Below are positions 44,881 to 56,461 of a stretch of DNA of 64,000 bases, piece after piece. The stretch is from Escherichia coli (GTDB lineage Bacteria; Pseudomonadota; Gammaproteobacteria; Enterobacterales; Enterobacteriaceae). The position numbers were made by a program, and so were the translations under genes. The notes under the pieces are model-generated. The model did no database searches. It saw nothing but the letters and a program-made list of their open reading frames with translations, and had not been told where the DNA came from. Where the stretch lies: the NCBI RefSeq assembly GCF_003334405.1, contig NZ_QOWM01000003.1; one strand, 5' to 3'. Positions within the stretch are counted from its first letter, which is position 1; each line of letters starts with the position of its first letter.

Positions 44881-47800
44881 ATCCCCAATCCAGCCCTTGT
44901 GGCGAACTTGAAAATCCCGCCTCACGCAGCAGCGTAAACATCGGCGTTTGCCGGACCGGTAGATCATTCACTTCTGTTAGCGTAAAGCGCAGCCGTGGTT
45001 CGCGACGCAGTGCGGTAGTCAGCGCGTGGAAAACCTCTGGGGCGAGTAATTCCTCTTTTTCCTGCCAGACCAGCATTTTTTTGCCACCTTGCGCCAGATA
45101 GAGTAACAATTTGCCGCCAGAAACGACCACCAGCGCACCCGCCCGACGCGTTGGAACCAGCGTTGCCGGATGTGCAGGCCAGGGCAGAAGATTTCCCCAC
45201 ACATTAGCCGGATCGTTGGCAGAGAGCGCCACTGGTGTATAGTGGCGCGTTTGCGTGGCTTGTGTCGCCAGATCGCGCAATCGGTCAATAGTCAGACGTT
45301 CAGCGAATTGCGCGCCACCCAGACCTTCTACAAAACGACCTCGCATAATTCGCCCGGAGTCTTCCATACTTCGACAAAGCGTTTGCATCGATGGAAACCC
45401 GCCAGGGATATTTTCGGCTATCACCGCCTGACGACTGATGATGCCGTAGCGGTCGAGCATATTTTCCGCCAGCGCCAGCATCCTTTCGGTATCGTTTAGT
45501 GGCTCCACCTGCAATAACGACCAGCGTCCAGCCAGATTTGGTGTGTTGTAAGATACCCGCGGCGAGACGGGTTGCGCATAGACAGGACGTCCACGACGAG
45601 CCCGGTGACTGCGGCGAGTTGAGGTGCGTGCGTTGGAACTGCTGCGGGTGAGGGCGCGTAACGGTGCCCAAATGTCGCTGGTGATGACGCCTTGCCAGAC
45701 CAGCGCCCATAACGCCTCTTGCAGGGCAGAGAGATCAACCGATTCGCCGATTTTGTCGCGTATCCGTTGGCTGATTTGTTGTGCAAACCAGGCTCCTCCG
45801 TCAGCCAGAACAGCGACTATCGCTTGTTGCAGCGCCGAACGATTCGCCTGATCCGCTTCGGCGGGAGTGAACGATTCTGCAGCATATTCCTGTAGATGCA
45901 GTGCCACCAGGCCGTCATCTTCACCCAGTTTTTTTTGCCCCGACCAGATAACCGCACCGGTTGCCAGTAATTCATCGAGCATTTCTGACGAATAGTCGCG
46001 TACGCGGGCAGGCAGGATCTGGCTTTCCCAGAGTGAGGCGGGTAAACCGACTCCGGCAAGCTGTTCGATCACCCGCATCACGCCATCTACGCCCTCATAA
46101 ACGCCTGGCGATGTTGAGGCAAAGAGCGCCGGGCTACCATCGGTGGCGGGTAATACGCCCTGACGTTCCAGCAGCAATCGCGCATAGGTCGTGGCTGCAA
46201 CGGGACGCGTCGCTTCTCTGGCGGCTTGCAGCGAGCGCAAACGCAGACGACGAAATACTTCATCGCTCACCCAGATGTCTTGTTGCAGATTCATCACCAG
46301 ACCCTGTTCACGCAGTTGCTGAAGCTGCTCTTCGACAATGGCAATACCGAGACTAAACTCATGAGCCAGTTGTTCAGCCGTGACCAGAGCATGAGCCCGG
46401 AGATAGCGCAGAAAGAGGTCGCGAAGCGGGTAACTGACTCTATGTAAATAAATCTCTGGCAATGACTCTGGTAGTCGTACGCCGAGGGCATCACGCAGCC
46501 TGGCGGCATCATCCATACAGGCAAGACGCTCCTGTCCGCTAATCATCGCTGGGAAGATTCGTTTTACTGCAAGAAGATTTTCCAGATACGACGCAACCTC
46601 TTCACTGCTGCCTGTATGCCGTTGCGCCAGGTCTTCAACGGTCATTGGCCCCAGTTCGCGCAGCAGGTCGAACAATCCTTCTTCACCTTTCGCTCTTCTG
46701 CCAGGAGCCAGTCGTTGCAACTCTTCTTCCACCTGGCGAATGACCTGCGGGTCGAGTAATTCCCCCGGATCGACCTGTCCGAGTAGATTGCGCAGTAACT
46801 CGCTGTCCAGCGACAGTACGGATGCCCGGCGCTCTGCCAGCGGGGCGTCGCTCTGGTACATAAATTCCGCGACATAGCCGAACAATAAACTTGTGGCGAA
46901 AGGCGAGGGCGTAGTGGTCGTTACATCGGATATTTGAATTTCGCCACCGTTCAGGCGACGCATCAAACGTTCCAGTGCGGGAAGATCATAAACATCTTGC
47001 AGACATTCGCGTAGGGTTTCGAGAATGACCGGAAAATCCGGATATCCCTGAGCGATTTCCAGCAACTGACTGGCGCGCAGCCGTTGTTGCCAAAGCGGGG
47101 TGCGATGGCCCGGAGTGCGCCCCGGCATTAATAATGCCCGCGCGGCGCATTCGCGAAAACGGGCGGCGAAAAGTGCCGAGCTGCCTACCGCCTCGCGGAC
47201 AATTTGCAGCAACTTTTCTGGTTCAAACAAAAAAATCGCGGCATCGGGCAATTTACCATCGGTGTCAGGAATACGTGCAACAATGCCGTCATCACTGGCG
47301 ACCACCGACGCGTCAGCGCCCCATAGCGCATGTATTCGCCCGGCAATCGCCACCGCCCAGGGTTCATGCACCCGTCTTCCATAGGGAGAGTGCAAAATAA
47401 TACGCCAGTCACCAATTTCATCACGGCACCGTTCGAGGACCAGATGGCGACTCCCCGGAACGATGCCCGTCGCGTTGCGCTGCTCCTCAATCAACCCCTG
47501 AATATTGGCGATCGTATTTTCTTCTGCCAGCCACGGGGGAATAGTCCCGGAAAAGAACGCGCCATCCGCCAGCAAATGAAGAAAATCGCCGATCATCTCG
47601 CCTAATTCAGCCGGACGTCCGTTACCTTCACCACGCCAGAAGGGGAGCCGGGCAGAACGACCCGGAGCAGGAGTCACAATCACCTGATCGCGGGTGATTT
47701 GCTGGATCCGCCATGAGGTAGCGCCGAGAGTGATAATGTCGTTCACCCGCGACTCATATACCATCTCCTCATCCAGTTCACCCACCCGCCGCGAACCGGC

Positions 47801-49495
47801 CTTTTCTTCACCTTCGGGTAATAACACGCTATACATGCCACGATCCGGAATGGTGCCGCCGCTGGTAACCGCCAACAATTGAGCGCCAGGTCGGGCGGTC
47901 AATATCCCGGTCTCCCTGTTCCAGACCAGTTTGGGGCGAAAAGCAGAAAAATCGCCAGAGGGATAGCGCCCGGAAAGCATATCCAGCGTGGCGTCAAAAA
48001 CACGTCTTGGCAGATCTTTCCACGGTGCGGCACGGCGTACGCGGGAGTACCATTCGTCTACCTGTAATGCATCCATCGCCGCGGCGGCAACGGTTTGCTG
48101 CGCAAGGACGTCGAGAGGATTATGCGGTGGTGTCAGGTTTTCCAGCCTGCCTGCGAACATACACTCTACAATGACTGCGGAATCGACTAAATCACGCCGG
48201 GTACGGGGGAAAAACAGCCCTTTAGATACACCGCCAACCTGATGTCCGGCGCGACCAATGCGTTGTAACCCACTGGCAACAGAAAGCGGCGTTGCCACCT
48301 GAATCACCAGATCCACCGCGCCCATATCAATCCCCAGTTCAAGACTGGAGGTTGCGACCACGCAGCGTAATTCACCCGATTTCAGCGCCTGTTCGGTGAT
48401 TGCTCGTTGTTCTTTAGAGACGGAGCCGTGGTGTGAGCGGGCAATAAAAACGTCGCTACTTTGTACACGGTTAGAGGTTGCGCCGGAGGTCGACTCGAAA
48501 TGGGCCGCATCAACGGCGATAGACGGGGAACGCTGTAAGCGTGCGGCGTAAAGCTCATTTAATCGTGCCGTCAGTTTTTCCGCCAGCCCCCGCGAATTAG
48601 TAAAGACAATGGTCGAGCGATGGCGCAACACTTCATCAAGGATACCCGTTTCAATATATGGCCAGATGGAGCCTTCCCGGCCGGCATGGCTGTCTTCGCC
48701 GGTGCCGCTGGCGACCGATGAGACATCATCCATATTGGCGACCGGTACGACAATTCGTATCTGCGGATGGCGCATTGCGGGCGGGTTGACTACCGTAACC
48801 GGGCGATCGCCACCAAGAAATGCTGCCACATCGCTGGCTGAGCGCACAGTGGCAGAAAGGCCAATTCGCTGTGCTGAGGTGTGGAGCAGCGCATCGAGCC
48901 GCTCCAGACTTAACGCCAGATGCGCACCACGTTTACTGCCCGCTACCGCGTGGACTTCATCAATAATTACCGTTTCGACGCCGCGTAGCGTTTCGCGCGC
49001 GCGGGAGGTCAGCATCAGATAGAGTGATTCGGGTGTGGTGATCAGAATATCCGGCGGATTACGGGTGAGTTTGCTGCGTTCCTGTGCAGGCGTATCGCCA
49101 GTACGGATCCCTACGCGAAGATTGACTTCCGTTTCGCCGCGCCGCCGCCGTTCATCGGCAATACCCTTCAACGGGATCTGCAAGTTGCGCTGAACGTCGG
49201 TGCCCAGGGCTTTTATCGGTGAAATATAGAGGATGCGTGAGGTTTTACGCTTATGCGCCTCGCGGGTATCTTCGCCGCCTTCGCGGAAGAGCCGATCGAG
49301 GGCGTAGAGAAATGCTGCCAGCGTTTTCCCGGAGCCGGTCGGTGCAATCACCAGCGCATGTTCGCTTCGCGCCGCCACATGCCAGGTTTGCGGCTGGACA
49401 GCGGTCGGCTGTTTAAAGGCGCGAAGAAACCAGTCGCGGGTCGCCGGTGAAAACACGTCCGGCAGGAGCGATGAAGGGTCTGGATTATCTGCCAT
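44879..49495 (-). CDS. lhr: large ATP-dependent helicase Lhr (DEAD/DEAH superfamily 2)
   Basis: 1538-aa ORF with Walker A APTGSGKT and DEVH motifs. Confidence 0.93.
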   Translation of the reverse strand: MADNPDPSSLLPDVFSPATRDWFLRAFKQPTAVQPQTWHVAARSEHALVIAPTGSGKTLAAFLYALDRLFREGGEDTREAHKRKTSRILYISPIKALGTDVQRNLQIPLKGIADERRRRGETEVNLRVGIRTGDTPAQERSKLTRNPPDILITTPESLYLMLTSRARETLRGVETVIIDEVHAVAGSKRGAHLALSLERLDALLHTSAQRIGLSATVRSASDVAAFLGGDRPVTVVNPPAMRHPQIRIVVPVANMDDVSSVASGTGEDSHAGREGSIWPYIETGILDEVLRHRSTIVFTNSRGLAEKLTARLNELYAARLQRSPSIAVDAAHFESTSGATSNRVQSSDVFIARSHHGSVSKEQRAITEQALKSGELRCVVATSSLELGIDMGAVDLVIQVATPLSVASGLQRIGRAGHQVGGVSKGLFFPRTRRDLVDSAVIVECMFAGRLENLTPPHNPLDVLAQQTVAAAAMDALQVDEWYSRVRRAAPWKDLPRRVFDATLDMLSGRYPSGDFSAFRPKLVWNRETGILTARPGAQLLAVTSGGTIPDRGMYSVLLPEGEEKAGSRRVGELDEEMVYESRVNDIITLGATSWRIQQITRDQVIVTPAPGRSARLPFWRGEGNGRPAELGEMIGDFLHLLADGAFFSGTIPPWLAEENTIANIQGLIEEQRNATGIVPGSRHLVLERCRDEIGDWRIILHSPYGRRVHEPWAVAIAGRIHALWGADASVVASDDGIVARIPDTDGKLPDAAIFLFEPEKLLQIVREAVGSSALFAARFRECAARALLMPGRTPGHRTPLWQQRLRASQLLEIAQGYPDFPVILETLRECLQDVYDLPALERLMRRLNGGEIQISDVTTTTPSPFATSLLFGYVAEFMYQSDAPLAERRASVLSLDSELLRNLLGQVDPGELLDPQVIRQVEEELQRLAPGRRAKGEEGLFDLLRELGPMTVEDLAQRHTGSSEEVASYLENLLAVKRIFPAMISGQERLACMDDAARLRDALGVRLPESLPEIYLHRVSYPLRDLFLRYLRAHALVTAEQLAHEFSLGIAIVEEQLQQLREQGLVMNLQQDIWVSDEVFRRLRLRSLQAAREATRPVAATTYARLLLERQGVLPATDGSPALFASTSPGVYEGVDGVMRVIEQLAGVGLPASLWESQILPARVRDYSSEMLDELLATGAVIWSGQKKLGEDDGLVALHLQEYAAESFTPAEADQANRSALQQAIVAVLADGGAWFAQQISQRIRDKIGESVDLSALQEALWALVWQGVITSDIWAPLRALTRSSSNARTSTRRSHRARRGRPVYAQPVSPRVSYNTPNLAGRWSLLQVEPLNDTERMLALAENMLDRYGIISRQAVIAENIPGGFPSMQTLCRSMEDSGRIMRGRFVEGLGGAQFAERLTIDRLRDLATQATQTRHYTPVALSANDPANVWGNLLPWPAHPATLVPTRRAGALVVVSGGKLLLYLAQGGKKMLVWQEKEELLAPEVFHALTTALRREPRLRFTLTEVNDLPVRQTPMFTLLREAGFSSSPQGLDWG

Positions 49496-49587
49496 TAACG
49501 CTATTCCCCGTGAATATCATGCAGGATGCGTGGAATAGCCTCACTATAGATGCCTGAATCATTGCATGTCATCAGGCATCGACTCGA

Positions 49588-50235
49588 TTACACCTCTTCG
49601 GCGGCAGATAGCGGCCAGCCTCCCAGACGTTTCCAGCGGTTGACGATTTCACAAAACAGCACAGCAGTGCGTTCGGTGTCGTACAGCGCGGAGTGCGCCT
49701 GGGTGCTGTCGAAGTCCATGCCAGCGGTCTGGCAAGCCTTTGACAATACGGTTTGTCCGAGTGCCAGCCCGGCCAGTGCAGCAGTGTCAAAAGTGGCGAA
49801 AGGGTGGAACGGGTTACGTTTCAGTGAGGCGCGTTCTGCGGCGGCCATCATAAAGCTGTGATCAAAATTGGCATTGTGCGCCACCATAATGGCGCGGTTA
49901 CAGCCGCTCGCTTTAATACCTTTACGTACAACTTTAAAAATTTCGTGCAGCGCCTCGTATTCGCTGACCGCGCCGCGATCGGGATCGTTCGGGTCAATGC
50001 CGTTGAAGGCGAGGGCTTCTGGTTGCAAATTTGCGCCGACAAATGGTTCGACGTGGAAATGTAATGTGGTGTCCGGCATCAGCCAGCCTTGTTCATCCAT
50101 TTTCAGGGTGATGGCGGCAATCTCAAGCAGCGCATCGGTTTTGGCGTTAAATCCGGCTGTTTCAACATCGATCACAACAGGATAAAAACCACGAAAACGG
50201 TCGCACAGACCGGTAAGTTGAGCGTTATCGGACAT
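49588..50235 (-). CDS. rnt: ribonuclease T (DEDDh 3'-5' exoribonuclease)
   Basis: 215-aa ORF recognised as RNase T; immediately upstream of lhr on the same strand. Confidence 0.93.
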   Translation of the reverse strand: MSDNAQLTGLCDRFRGFYPVVIDVETAGFNAKTDALLEIAAITLKMDEQGWLMPDTTLHFHVEPFVGANLQPEALAFNGIDPNDPDRGAVSEYEALHEIFKVVRKGIKASGCNRAIMVAHNANFDHSFMMAAAERASLKRNPFHPFATFDTAALAGLALGQTVLSKACQTAGMDFDSTQAHSALYDTERTAVLFCEIVNRWKRLGGWPLSAAEEV

Positions 50236-50337
50236 CTGATTCTCTTAATACGGATAAATTGCAGCGCGCATTATGACAAATATTACTTGTCGATGCAGTA
50301 AAGATGCGGGCGCGATGAGTTCACGCCCGGCAGGAGA

Positions 50338-50745
50338 TTAGTTGCCCAGACCGCGACCGGCGTCTTTCTCTTCGATTAACTCAATTTTGTAACCGTCCGG
50401 ATCTTCCACAAACGCGATAACCGTAGTACCGCCTTTTACCGGACCCGCTTCACGGGTCACGTTACCCCCGTTTTGACGGATTTTTTCGCACGCTTCAGCG
50501 GCGTTATCTACGCTAAGCGCGATGTGACCATAAGCAGTGCCGAGTTCGTATTTATCCACGCCCCAGTTGTAGGTCAGTTCAATCACCGCTTCTTCGGTTT
50601 CCGGGCCGTAGCCAACAAACGCCAGTGAGTATTTGTATTCCGGGTTTTCGCTGGTACGCAGCAGTTTCATGCCCAGCACTTTGGTATAAAAATCGATGGA
50701 GCGTTGCAAATCGCCAACGCGCAGCATGGTATGAAGAAGACGCAT
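50338..50745 (-). CDS. gloA: glyoxalase I (lactoylglutathione lyase)
   Basis: 135-aa [32 protein letters not shown]... recognised as GloA. Confidence 0.95.
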
Positions 50746-50825
50746 CTTTTTATCCTCAAAATGGCTAACAGATTCAAAATGTTGTTTTAGTATAGCGGCG
50801 GCTTTACGCCGCTCGCAATGTTGGA

Positions 50826-51923
50826 TTACAACGTCGGGTAATCGGTATAGCCTTCCGCGCCGCCACCGTAGAAACTTTCGGCACGCTGTGGGTTAAGCTC
50901 AGCTTTGCGCTGCAAGCGGGCGACCAGATCCGGGTTCGCAATCCAGTCACGACCAAATGCCACCGCATCAATTAACCCTTTGCCGATCAGCGTTTCAGCT
51001 TTTTCTACTGTGTATGCACCTGCGCCGATAATCGGACCGTGGAAACGGGCGCGTACTTTTTCGCGGAACGCATCAGTATACGGTTCACCCCCCGCCCAAT
51101 CTGGTTCTGACATATGCAGATAAGCAATGCCGCGTTTACCCAGTTGTTCAATCAGATACAGTGCATCGGCTTCTTCATTCGGGCCGTTATCTGTGTTCTG
51201 GAAAGTACCGATTGGTGAAACGCGAATGCCAATGCGATCGGCACCCCATTCTTCAATCCCGGCATCGACCACTTCCAGTACCAAACGTGCGCGATTTTCC
51301 ACGCTGCCGCCGTACTGATCGGTACGATGGTTTGAAGAAGGAGAAAGGAACTGATGCAGCAAATAACCGTGAGCAGAGTGGAGCTCTACCAGATCAAAAC
51401 CGGCTTCACGCGCGTTAGCAATGGCCTGACGGAAATCATTGACGATACCTGGAATCTCTTCCAGTTCAAGCGCACGCGGCATGGATGTTTCAACACGGAT
51501 CGCCTGACCATTTTCATCGCGCAGAGAAGTACGTGTTCCCGCGCTAAGTGCTGAAGGCGCTACCGGTGCCTGACCGCCAGGTTGCAGGCTGGCGTGAGAA
51601 ATGCGTCCGGTGTGCCACAGCTGCATGGCCATATGACCATTTTCAGCATGAACGCCAGCGGTGATTTTTTTCCATGCGGCAATTTGCTCCGGACTATGGA
51701 TGCCAGGCGCACCTGCATATCCTTTTGCCTGGGCAGAAATTTGCGTGGCTTCACTAATAATCAAACCGGCACTGGCACGTTGGCGATAGTATTCCGCCAT
51801 CAACGGGGTAGGAATGTCACCCGGTTCAATACTGCGCAGACGCGTCAGCGGTGCCATAAAAATACGGTTTGCCGCCGTGATCGCGCCCACTTTCAGTGGG
51901 GAATACAGTTTTTCAGATGACAT
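50826..51923 (-). CDS. nemA: N-ethylmaleimide reductase (Old Yellow Enzyme family, FMN)
   Basis: 365-aa ORF of the OYE family. Confidence 0.93.
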
Positions 51924-51959
51924 AAAGGCTCCCGGTCGTCTGGTGATAAAAAATGCCTG

Positions 51960-52559
51960 CTAAACGGCAGGCGTCGCAATAATGTTTTTTACATGGGCCA
52001 GCGCGTTTTCCAGTGGCTCGAAACTGCGCGAAATTTTGGCCTGCAGATTCGCGCCAAGCCACAGTGCGTAAAGCACTTGTGCCTGTTGCAGCGGTTCGCC
52101 ACAAAAGGTTAAACAATGGTTCTCACGGCCATTTTCCAGCGCCTGAGAGAGCAGGGCGATCACGCCGCGAGCACCTTTATCCATCGCGCTGCGCATATCT
52201 TCTGACAGATCGCACACTTCGGCAGAGAGTTTTACTGTCAGGCAACCACTGATGGTTCCATGTTGGCAAAACTGGTTCAGTGTTTGCTGGTAATAAGCCA
52301 GTATGCGGTCGCGGTAGTTACCTTCGCCGGATTGCAGCAACTCAGTCAGTCGCTGGTGATATGCGGCGTAATGACGCTCAAGCATGGCAACGCCAAACGC
52401 TTCTTTAGAGCGAAAGTAGTGATAGAAGGACCCTTTCGGCACTTCAGCGGTTTTTAGTAATTCGCTTAGCCCCATCCCGGTGAATCCACGTTGCAGGCAA
52501 AGTTGCTCGCCCGTCGCCAGGAGATGTTCGCGAGTATCATGTTCGGTGTGTTTGTTCAT
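51960..52559 (-). CDS. nemR: TetR-family electrophile-sensing repressor NemR
   Basis: 199-aa ORF with N-terminal TetR HTH; first gene of nemR-nemA-gloA. Confidence 0.92.
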   Translation of the reverse strand: MNKHTEHDTREHLLATGEQLCLQRGFTGMGLSELLKTAEVPKGSFYHYFRSKEAFGVAMLERHYAAYHQRLTELLQSGEGNYRDRILAYYQQTLNQFCQHGTISGCLTVKLSAEVCDLSEDMRSAMDKGARGVIALLSQALENGRENHCLTFCGEPLQQAQVLYALWLGANLQAKISRSFEPLENALAHVKNIIATPAV

Positions 52560-52573
52560 GCGTTGGAGTGTAG

Positions 52574-52589
52574 TAGACCAGTCGGTCTA
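52574..52589. promoter_or_regulatory. NemR box (operator) at the nemR promoter
   Basis: Perfect 16-bp palindrome tagaccagtcggtcta (TAGACC-N4-GGTCTA), 15 bp upstream of the nemR start. Confidence 0.75.
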
Positions 52590-52661
52590 GTGCAAGCAAA
52601 GTTGCTACTTTGGACATTAACAGCTTCAATAATGGTAATAATCTTATCTGAGGAGGGCGAA

Positions 52662-52901
52662 GTGGCGGAGCAATTAGAGTTCTTTCCCGTCCAGAGCCCG
52701 TGCCGGGGAATTTGCCAGTCTGACGAACGCGGGTTTTGTCGCGGCTGTTTTCGTAGTCGTGATGAGCGTTTTAACTGGAATAAAATGAGCGATGGCGAAA
52801 AACAAGAGGTGCTGCGCCTTTGTCGGCAGCGATTAATGCGCAAATTACGCGCAAATAAGCCAGCGTCATCAGACGAACCGGAGCAACCATCACTCTTTTG
52901 A
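52662..52901 (+). CDS. ydhL: small Cys-rich DUF1289-like protein
   Basis: ORF track 52491..52901; trimmed to the GTG at 52662 behind GAGGAG (79 aa, VAEQLEFFPVQSPCRGICQSDERGFCRGCF...). Confidence 0.65.
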   Translation: MAEQLEFFPVQSPCRGICQSDERGFCRGCFRSRDERFNWNKMSDGEKQEVLRLCRQRLMRKLRANKPASSDEPEQPSLF

Positions 52902-52949
52902 ACCTAATCTTGCGTATACTCCTCTCATATCTGATAAGAGGAAGCGATT

Positions 52950-53846
52950 ATGGTTCAGCGTATTACTATTGCGCCGCAAGGCCCGGAGTTTTCCCGTTTT
53001 GTGATGGGCTACTGGCGATTGATGGACTGGAATATGTCCGCCCGCCAGCTGGTCAGTTTTATTGAAGAGCATCTGGATCTCGGCGTGACCACCGTGGACC
53101 ATGCTGATATTTATGGTGGCTATCAGTGCGAAGCGGCGTTTGGCGAGGCACTGAAACTGGCACCTCACCTGCGTGAACGGATGGAAATCGTCAGTAAATG
53201 CGGTATCGCGACGACCGCGCGTGAAGAAAACGTCATTGGTCATTACATCACTGACCGCGATCACATCATTAAGAGCGCCGAACAGTCGCTAATTAATCTC
53301 GCGACCGATCATCTGGATTTGCTGTTAATCCACCGACCAGACCCGTTAATGGATGCCGATGAAGTGGCGGACGCGTTCAAACATCTGCATCAGAGCGGCA
53401 AAGTGCGTCATTTTGGCGTATCGAACTTTACGCCTGCGCAATTTGCCCTGTTGCAATCACGTCTGCCGTTTACCCTTGCCACTAATCAGGTGGAAATATC
53501 CCCGGTGCATCAGCCGTTACTGCTGGATGGCACGCTCGACCAACTACAACAACTGCGTGTTCGTCCGATGGCGTGGTCCTGCCTTGGTGGTGGTCGTCTG
53601 TTTAATGATGATTATTTCCAGCCGCTGCGTGATGAACTGGCTGTGGTGGCAGAGGAGTTAAACGCGGGCTCGATTGAACAGGTGGTTTACGCCTGGGTAT
53701 TACGTTTACCATCGCAGCCGCTGCCAATTATCGGTTCAGGTAAAATTGAGCGCGTACGGGCAGCTGTCGAAGCAGAAACACTGAAAATGACCCGTCAACA
53801 ATGGTTTCGTATCCGTAAAGCGGCACTGGGGTACGACGTACCGTAA
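52950..53846 (+). CDS. ydhF: aldo-keto reductase family oxidoreductase
   Basis: 298-aa ORF, AKR family. Confidence 0.88.
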   Translation: MVQRITIAPQGPEFSRFVMGYWRLMDWNMSARQLVSFIEEHLDLGVTTVDHADIYGGYQCEAAFGEALKLAPHLRERMEIVSKCGIATTAREENVIGHYITDRDHIIKSAEQSLINLATDHLDLLLIHRPDPLMDADEVADAFKHLHQSGKVRHFGVSNFTPAQFALLQSRLPFTLATNQVEISPVHQPLLLDGTLDQLQQLRVRPMAWSCLGGGRLFNDDYFQPLRDELAVVAEELNAGSIEQVVYAWVLRLPSQPLPIIGSGKIERVRAAVEAETLKMTRQQWFRIRKAALGYDVP

Positions 53847-53926
53847 GCACTTTTAGGAATAGCCGCCGTTCAAAAATGTGTCACTGGTTTACACTTATTC
53901 AGGAATGCACAATGAACGGAGGTCCT

Positions 53927-54448
53927 ATGAAACGTTTTAGTCTGGCTATTCTGGCGCTGGTTGTTGCAACCGGCGCACAAGCTGCCAGTGAAAAAGTCGA
54001 GATGAACCTCGTCACGTCGCAAGGGGTAGGGCAGTCAATTGGTAGCGTCACCATTACTGAAACCGATAAAGGTCTGGAGTTTTCGCCCGATCTGAAAGCA
54101 TTACCCCCCGGTGAACATGGCTTCCATATTCATGCCAAAGGAAGCTGCCAGCCAGCCACCAAAGATGGCAAAGCCAGCGCCGCGGAATCCGCAGGCGGGC
54201 ATCTTGATCCACAAAATACCGGTAAACATGAAGGGCCAGAAGGTGCCGGGCATTTAGGCGATCTGCCTGCACTGGTCGTCAATAATGACGGCAAAGCTAC
54301 CGATGCCGTCATCGCGCCTCGTCTGAAATCACTGGATGAAATCAAAGACAAAGCGCTGATGGTCCACGTTGGCGGCGATAATATGTCCGATCAACCTAAA
54401 CCGCTGGGCGGTGGCGGTGAACGCTATGCCTGTGGTGTAATTAAGTAA
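53927..54448 (+). CDS. sodC: periplasmic Cu,Zn-superoxide dismutase
   Basis: ORF track 53876..54448; trimmed to MKRFSLAILALVVATGAQA signal-peptide start (173 aa); GFHIH motif. Confidence 0.93.
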   Translation: MKRFSLAILALVVATGAQAASEKVEMNLVTSQGVGQSIGSVTITETDKGLEFSPDLKALPPGEHGFHIHAKGSCQPATKDGKASAAESAGGHLDPQNTGKHEGPEGAGHLGDLPALVVNNDGKATDAVIAPRLKSLDEIKDKALMVHVGGDNMSDQPKPLGGGGERYACGVIK

Positions 54449-56461
54449 TTAAGAGGCCAGCGTACCTTGCGGTGGTGCTTGCTCAAGTTGCGAAAGCGAG
54501 CAGTACAGCCGCCAGACAATTGCCGCCAGCTCACGGGCGGCAGGTTGATGATGACGGGCAAGGCTGTCGCAAATCCGCTGTAATTCTTCAAGTGTGGCCG
54601 CCAGTGATTTTTGCTGAACGCCACGCTCACTCATCACTCCCCGCAACAGTGAAATACAGTTATCCCGTACTCGCGATAACGGATCGGAACGCGATTCCCA
54701 GTCGCGCAATTGCCAGACAACATGAGAACAGTTCAGCAGCACTACACCCCAGCGTAATAACCAACGGCGAGCCAGCGCATCCTGGCTGTTACTCAACTGA
54801 CTGACGTGATGATAAGTGAGCGATTCAAATTCGCTTTCACTCAGTGTTGGATGGCGGCTTAGCTGATCGACAAAATCCCGGCGCAGCGCGCGAATATGGC
54901 GGCGGCTTTTACGAGCATCCGATCCTGGACGCAGAATGGCGAACGCTAACCACGCCAACGCGACGCCAACGATTTTTGCCAGATTATCGTTAAGAAAATC
55001 AGCAAAATCATACACCGGGGGATTAGTGACAGCGATAAAAGAACCCATAAAAACAATCAGTTGCCCCCACAATGCGGCAAATTTTGGCATCTGCAATTTA
55101 AGAAGCTGCATTGTCGCCAGCAGTGGAAAGAGAAACAGTAAAAATTGCCACAGATCGCTAATCTGGACCATCAGACCAAATTTGACCACAAAGCTGAATA
55201 GCGAAAGTAACACCAGCGTGCGCATCAGAAGTGACAACGACTTAAACGGTGCTGCGACGGCGGAGTAGAGTACGCAGCTAATTGCTGCCAGCGTTAATGC
55301 ATTGGCACCGGCATCCCATTGCGAAGCAATACTCCATGCGCCAATCATCATCAACGTACAAAATGTACGCAGCCCGCTCCACATAGCTTCGGCGTTATCG
55401 GTATGACGAGCCAGGCCGGATGTCCGTGGGAGTCTGGTATGATCATCTACACCGCTTTGCAGACGATGTAATTCCTGACTACTTTGCAGATAAAGGCGGC
55501 AAAAATAACGTAGTCGCTGCCAGAAGGCGACGTGCCGATAGTCGGCGACGTTGGTCGGGCGTAGCGGGGCGATAATACGTGCGACGGTGTAAACATCTGT
55601 TTGCGAACTGGCGAGCGCCGTCAGCAACTGTTCGAGAATTTCTCGTGTGGCACCTGGCGGTGAGGGCCAGTTGAGCAACATACGTCGCAGGCTGGAGATG
55701 ACACTGGTCATACGTAATTGCTGGTGGAGCAGCGCATTAAGGCGCGCGTTTTGCTGGCGAAAACGATAGTGGCTCCAGAAAGCCTGGATACGCAGCAAAT
55801 TCATGGTCAGTATCTGCCCAATCACCCCTTCATGTGCTGCACGAATGGCATCGGTTGTTTCAGGCTGCCAGAGTAAACTGGCATGTTCCAGTAATCGGGC
55901 GTGCATGTTTTTCAATGCGGTTAAAAGGGCAGTAGCATCGGAACTGCTCGGCAGGATCATCATCATCATGCCGCCGCACAAAATACCGACTATTACCTCG
56001 CAAACGCGCGCCTGAGCGATATCCCACAGCTGGCTGGCCTCAGTAATATTAACCATCGGAAAGGCGATGATGGCAGCCGTGTAGCCCGCCAGTTGAAATG
56101 CATACGCGACGTTATTCGTGAAGTGCGCACAGGCCCAGGTACAAAAGCCAAGCCACGCCGACATGCTCAATAGAAAAAACCACGGCTCATTGAGCGTATG
56201 CCCGGCAAGAAGCAGTGCCGCAATGGCTCCGAGCAAACTGCCAGCGATGCGTCCGAGGCTTTTGCTGATAACACCGCCAACGGTGGGAAAGCTAACCACT
56301 GCAGCCGAGGTCATCGCCCAATAGGGTTCATCCAGATTTAAATAATAGGCAACCGTCAGCGCCAGACACATGGCAATGGTATTGCGTAACGCATAACGCC
56401 ATTGCGCCAGCGTGGCCCTGAACCAGGGCAAATTGCGCAAGGACCATGACGATGCGTTCAT
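54449..56461 (-). CDS. ydhK: FUSC-family (AaeB-like) inner-membrane efflux protein
   Basis: 670-aa two-domain hydrophobic ORF; stop codon abuts the sodC stop with zero gap. Confidence 0.85.
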   Translation of the reverse strand: MNASSWSLRNLPWFRATLAQWRYALRNTIAMCLALTVAYYLNLDEPYWAMTSAAVVSFPTVGGVISKSLGRIAGSLLGAIAALLLAGHTLNEPWFFLLSMSAWLGFCTWACAHFTNNVAYAFQLAGYTAAIIAFPMVNITEASQLWDIAQARVCEVIVGILCGGMMMMILPSSSDATALLTALKNMHARLLEHASLLWQPETTDAIRAAHEGVIGQILTMNLLRIQAFWSHYRFRQQNARLNALLHQQLRMTSVISSLRRMLLNWPSPPGATREILEQLLTALASSQTDVYTVARIIAPLRPTNVADYRHVAFWQRLRYFCRLYLQSSQELHRLQSGVDDHTRLPRTSGLARHTDNAEAMWSGLRTFCTLMMIGAWSIASQWDAGANALTLAAISCVLYSAVAAPFKSLSLLMRTLVLLSLFSFVVKFGLMVQISDLWQFLLFLFPLLATMQLLKLQMPKFAALWGQLIVFMGSFIAVTNPPVYDFADFLNDNLAKIVGVALAWLAFAILRPGSDARKSRRHIRALRRDFVDQLSRHPTLSESEFESLTYHHVSQLSNSQDALARRWLLRWGVVLLNCSHVVWQLRDWESRSDPLSRVRDNCISLLRGVMSERGVQQKSLAATLEELQRICDSLARHHQPAARELAAIVWRLYCSLSQLEQAPPQGTLAS

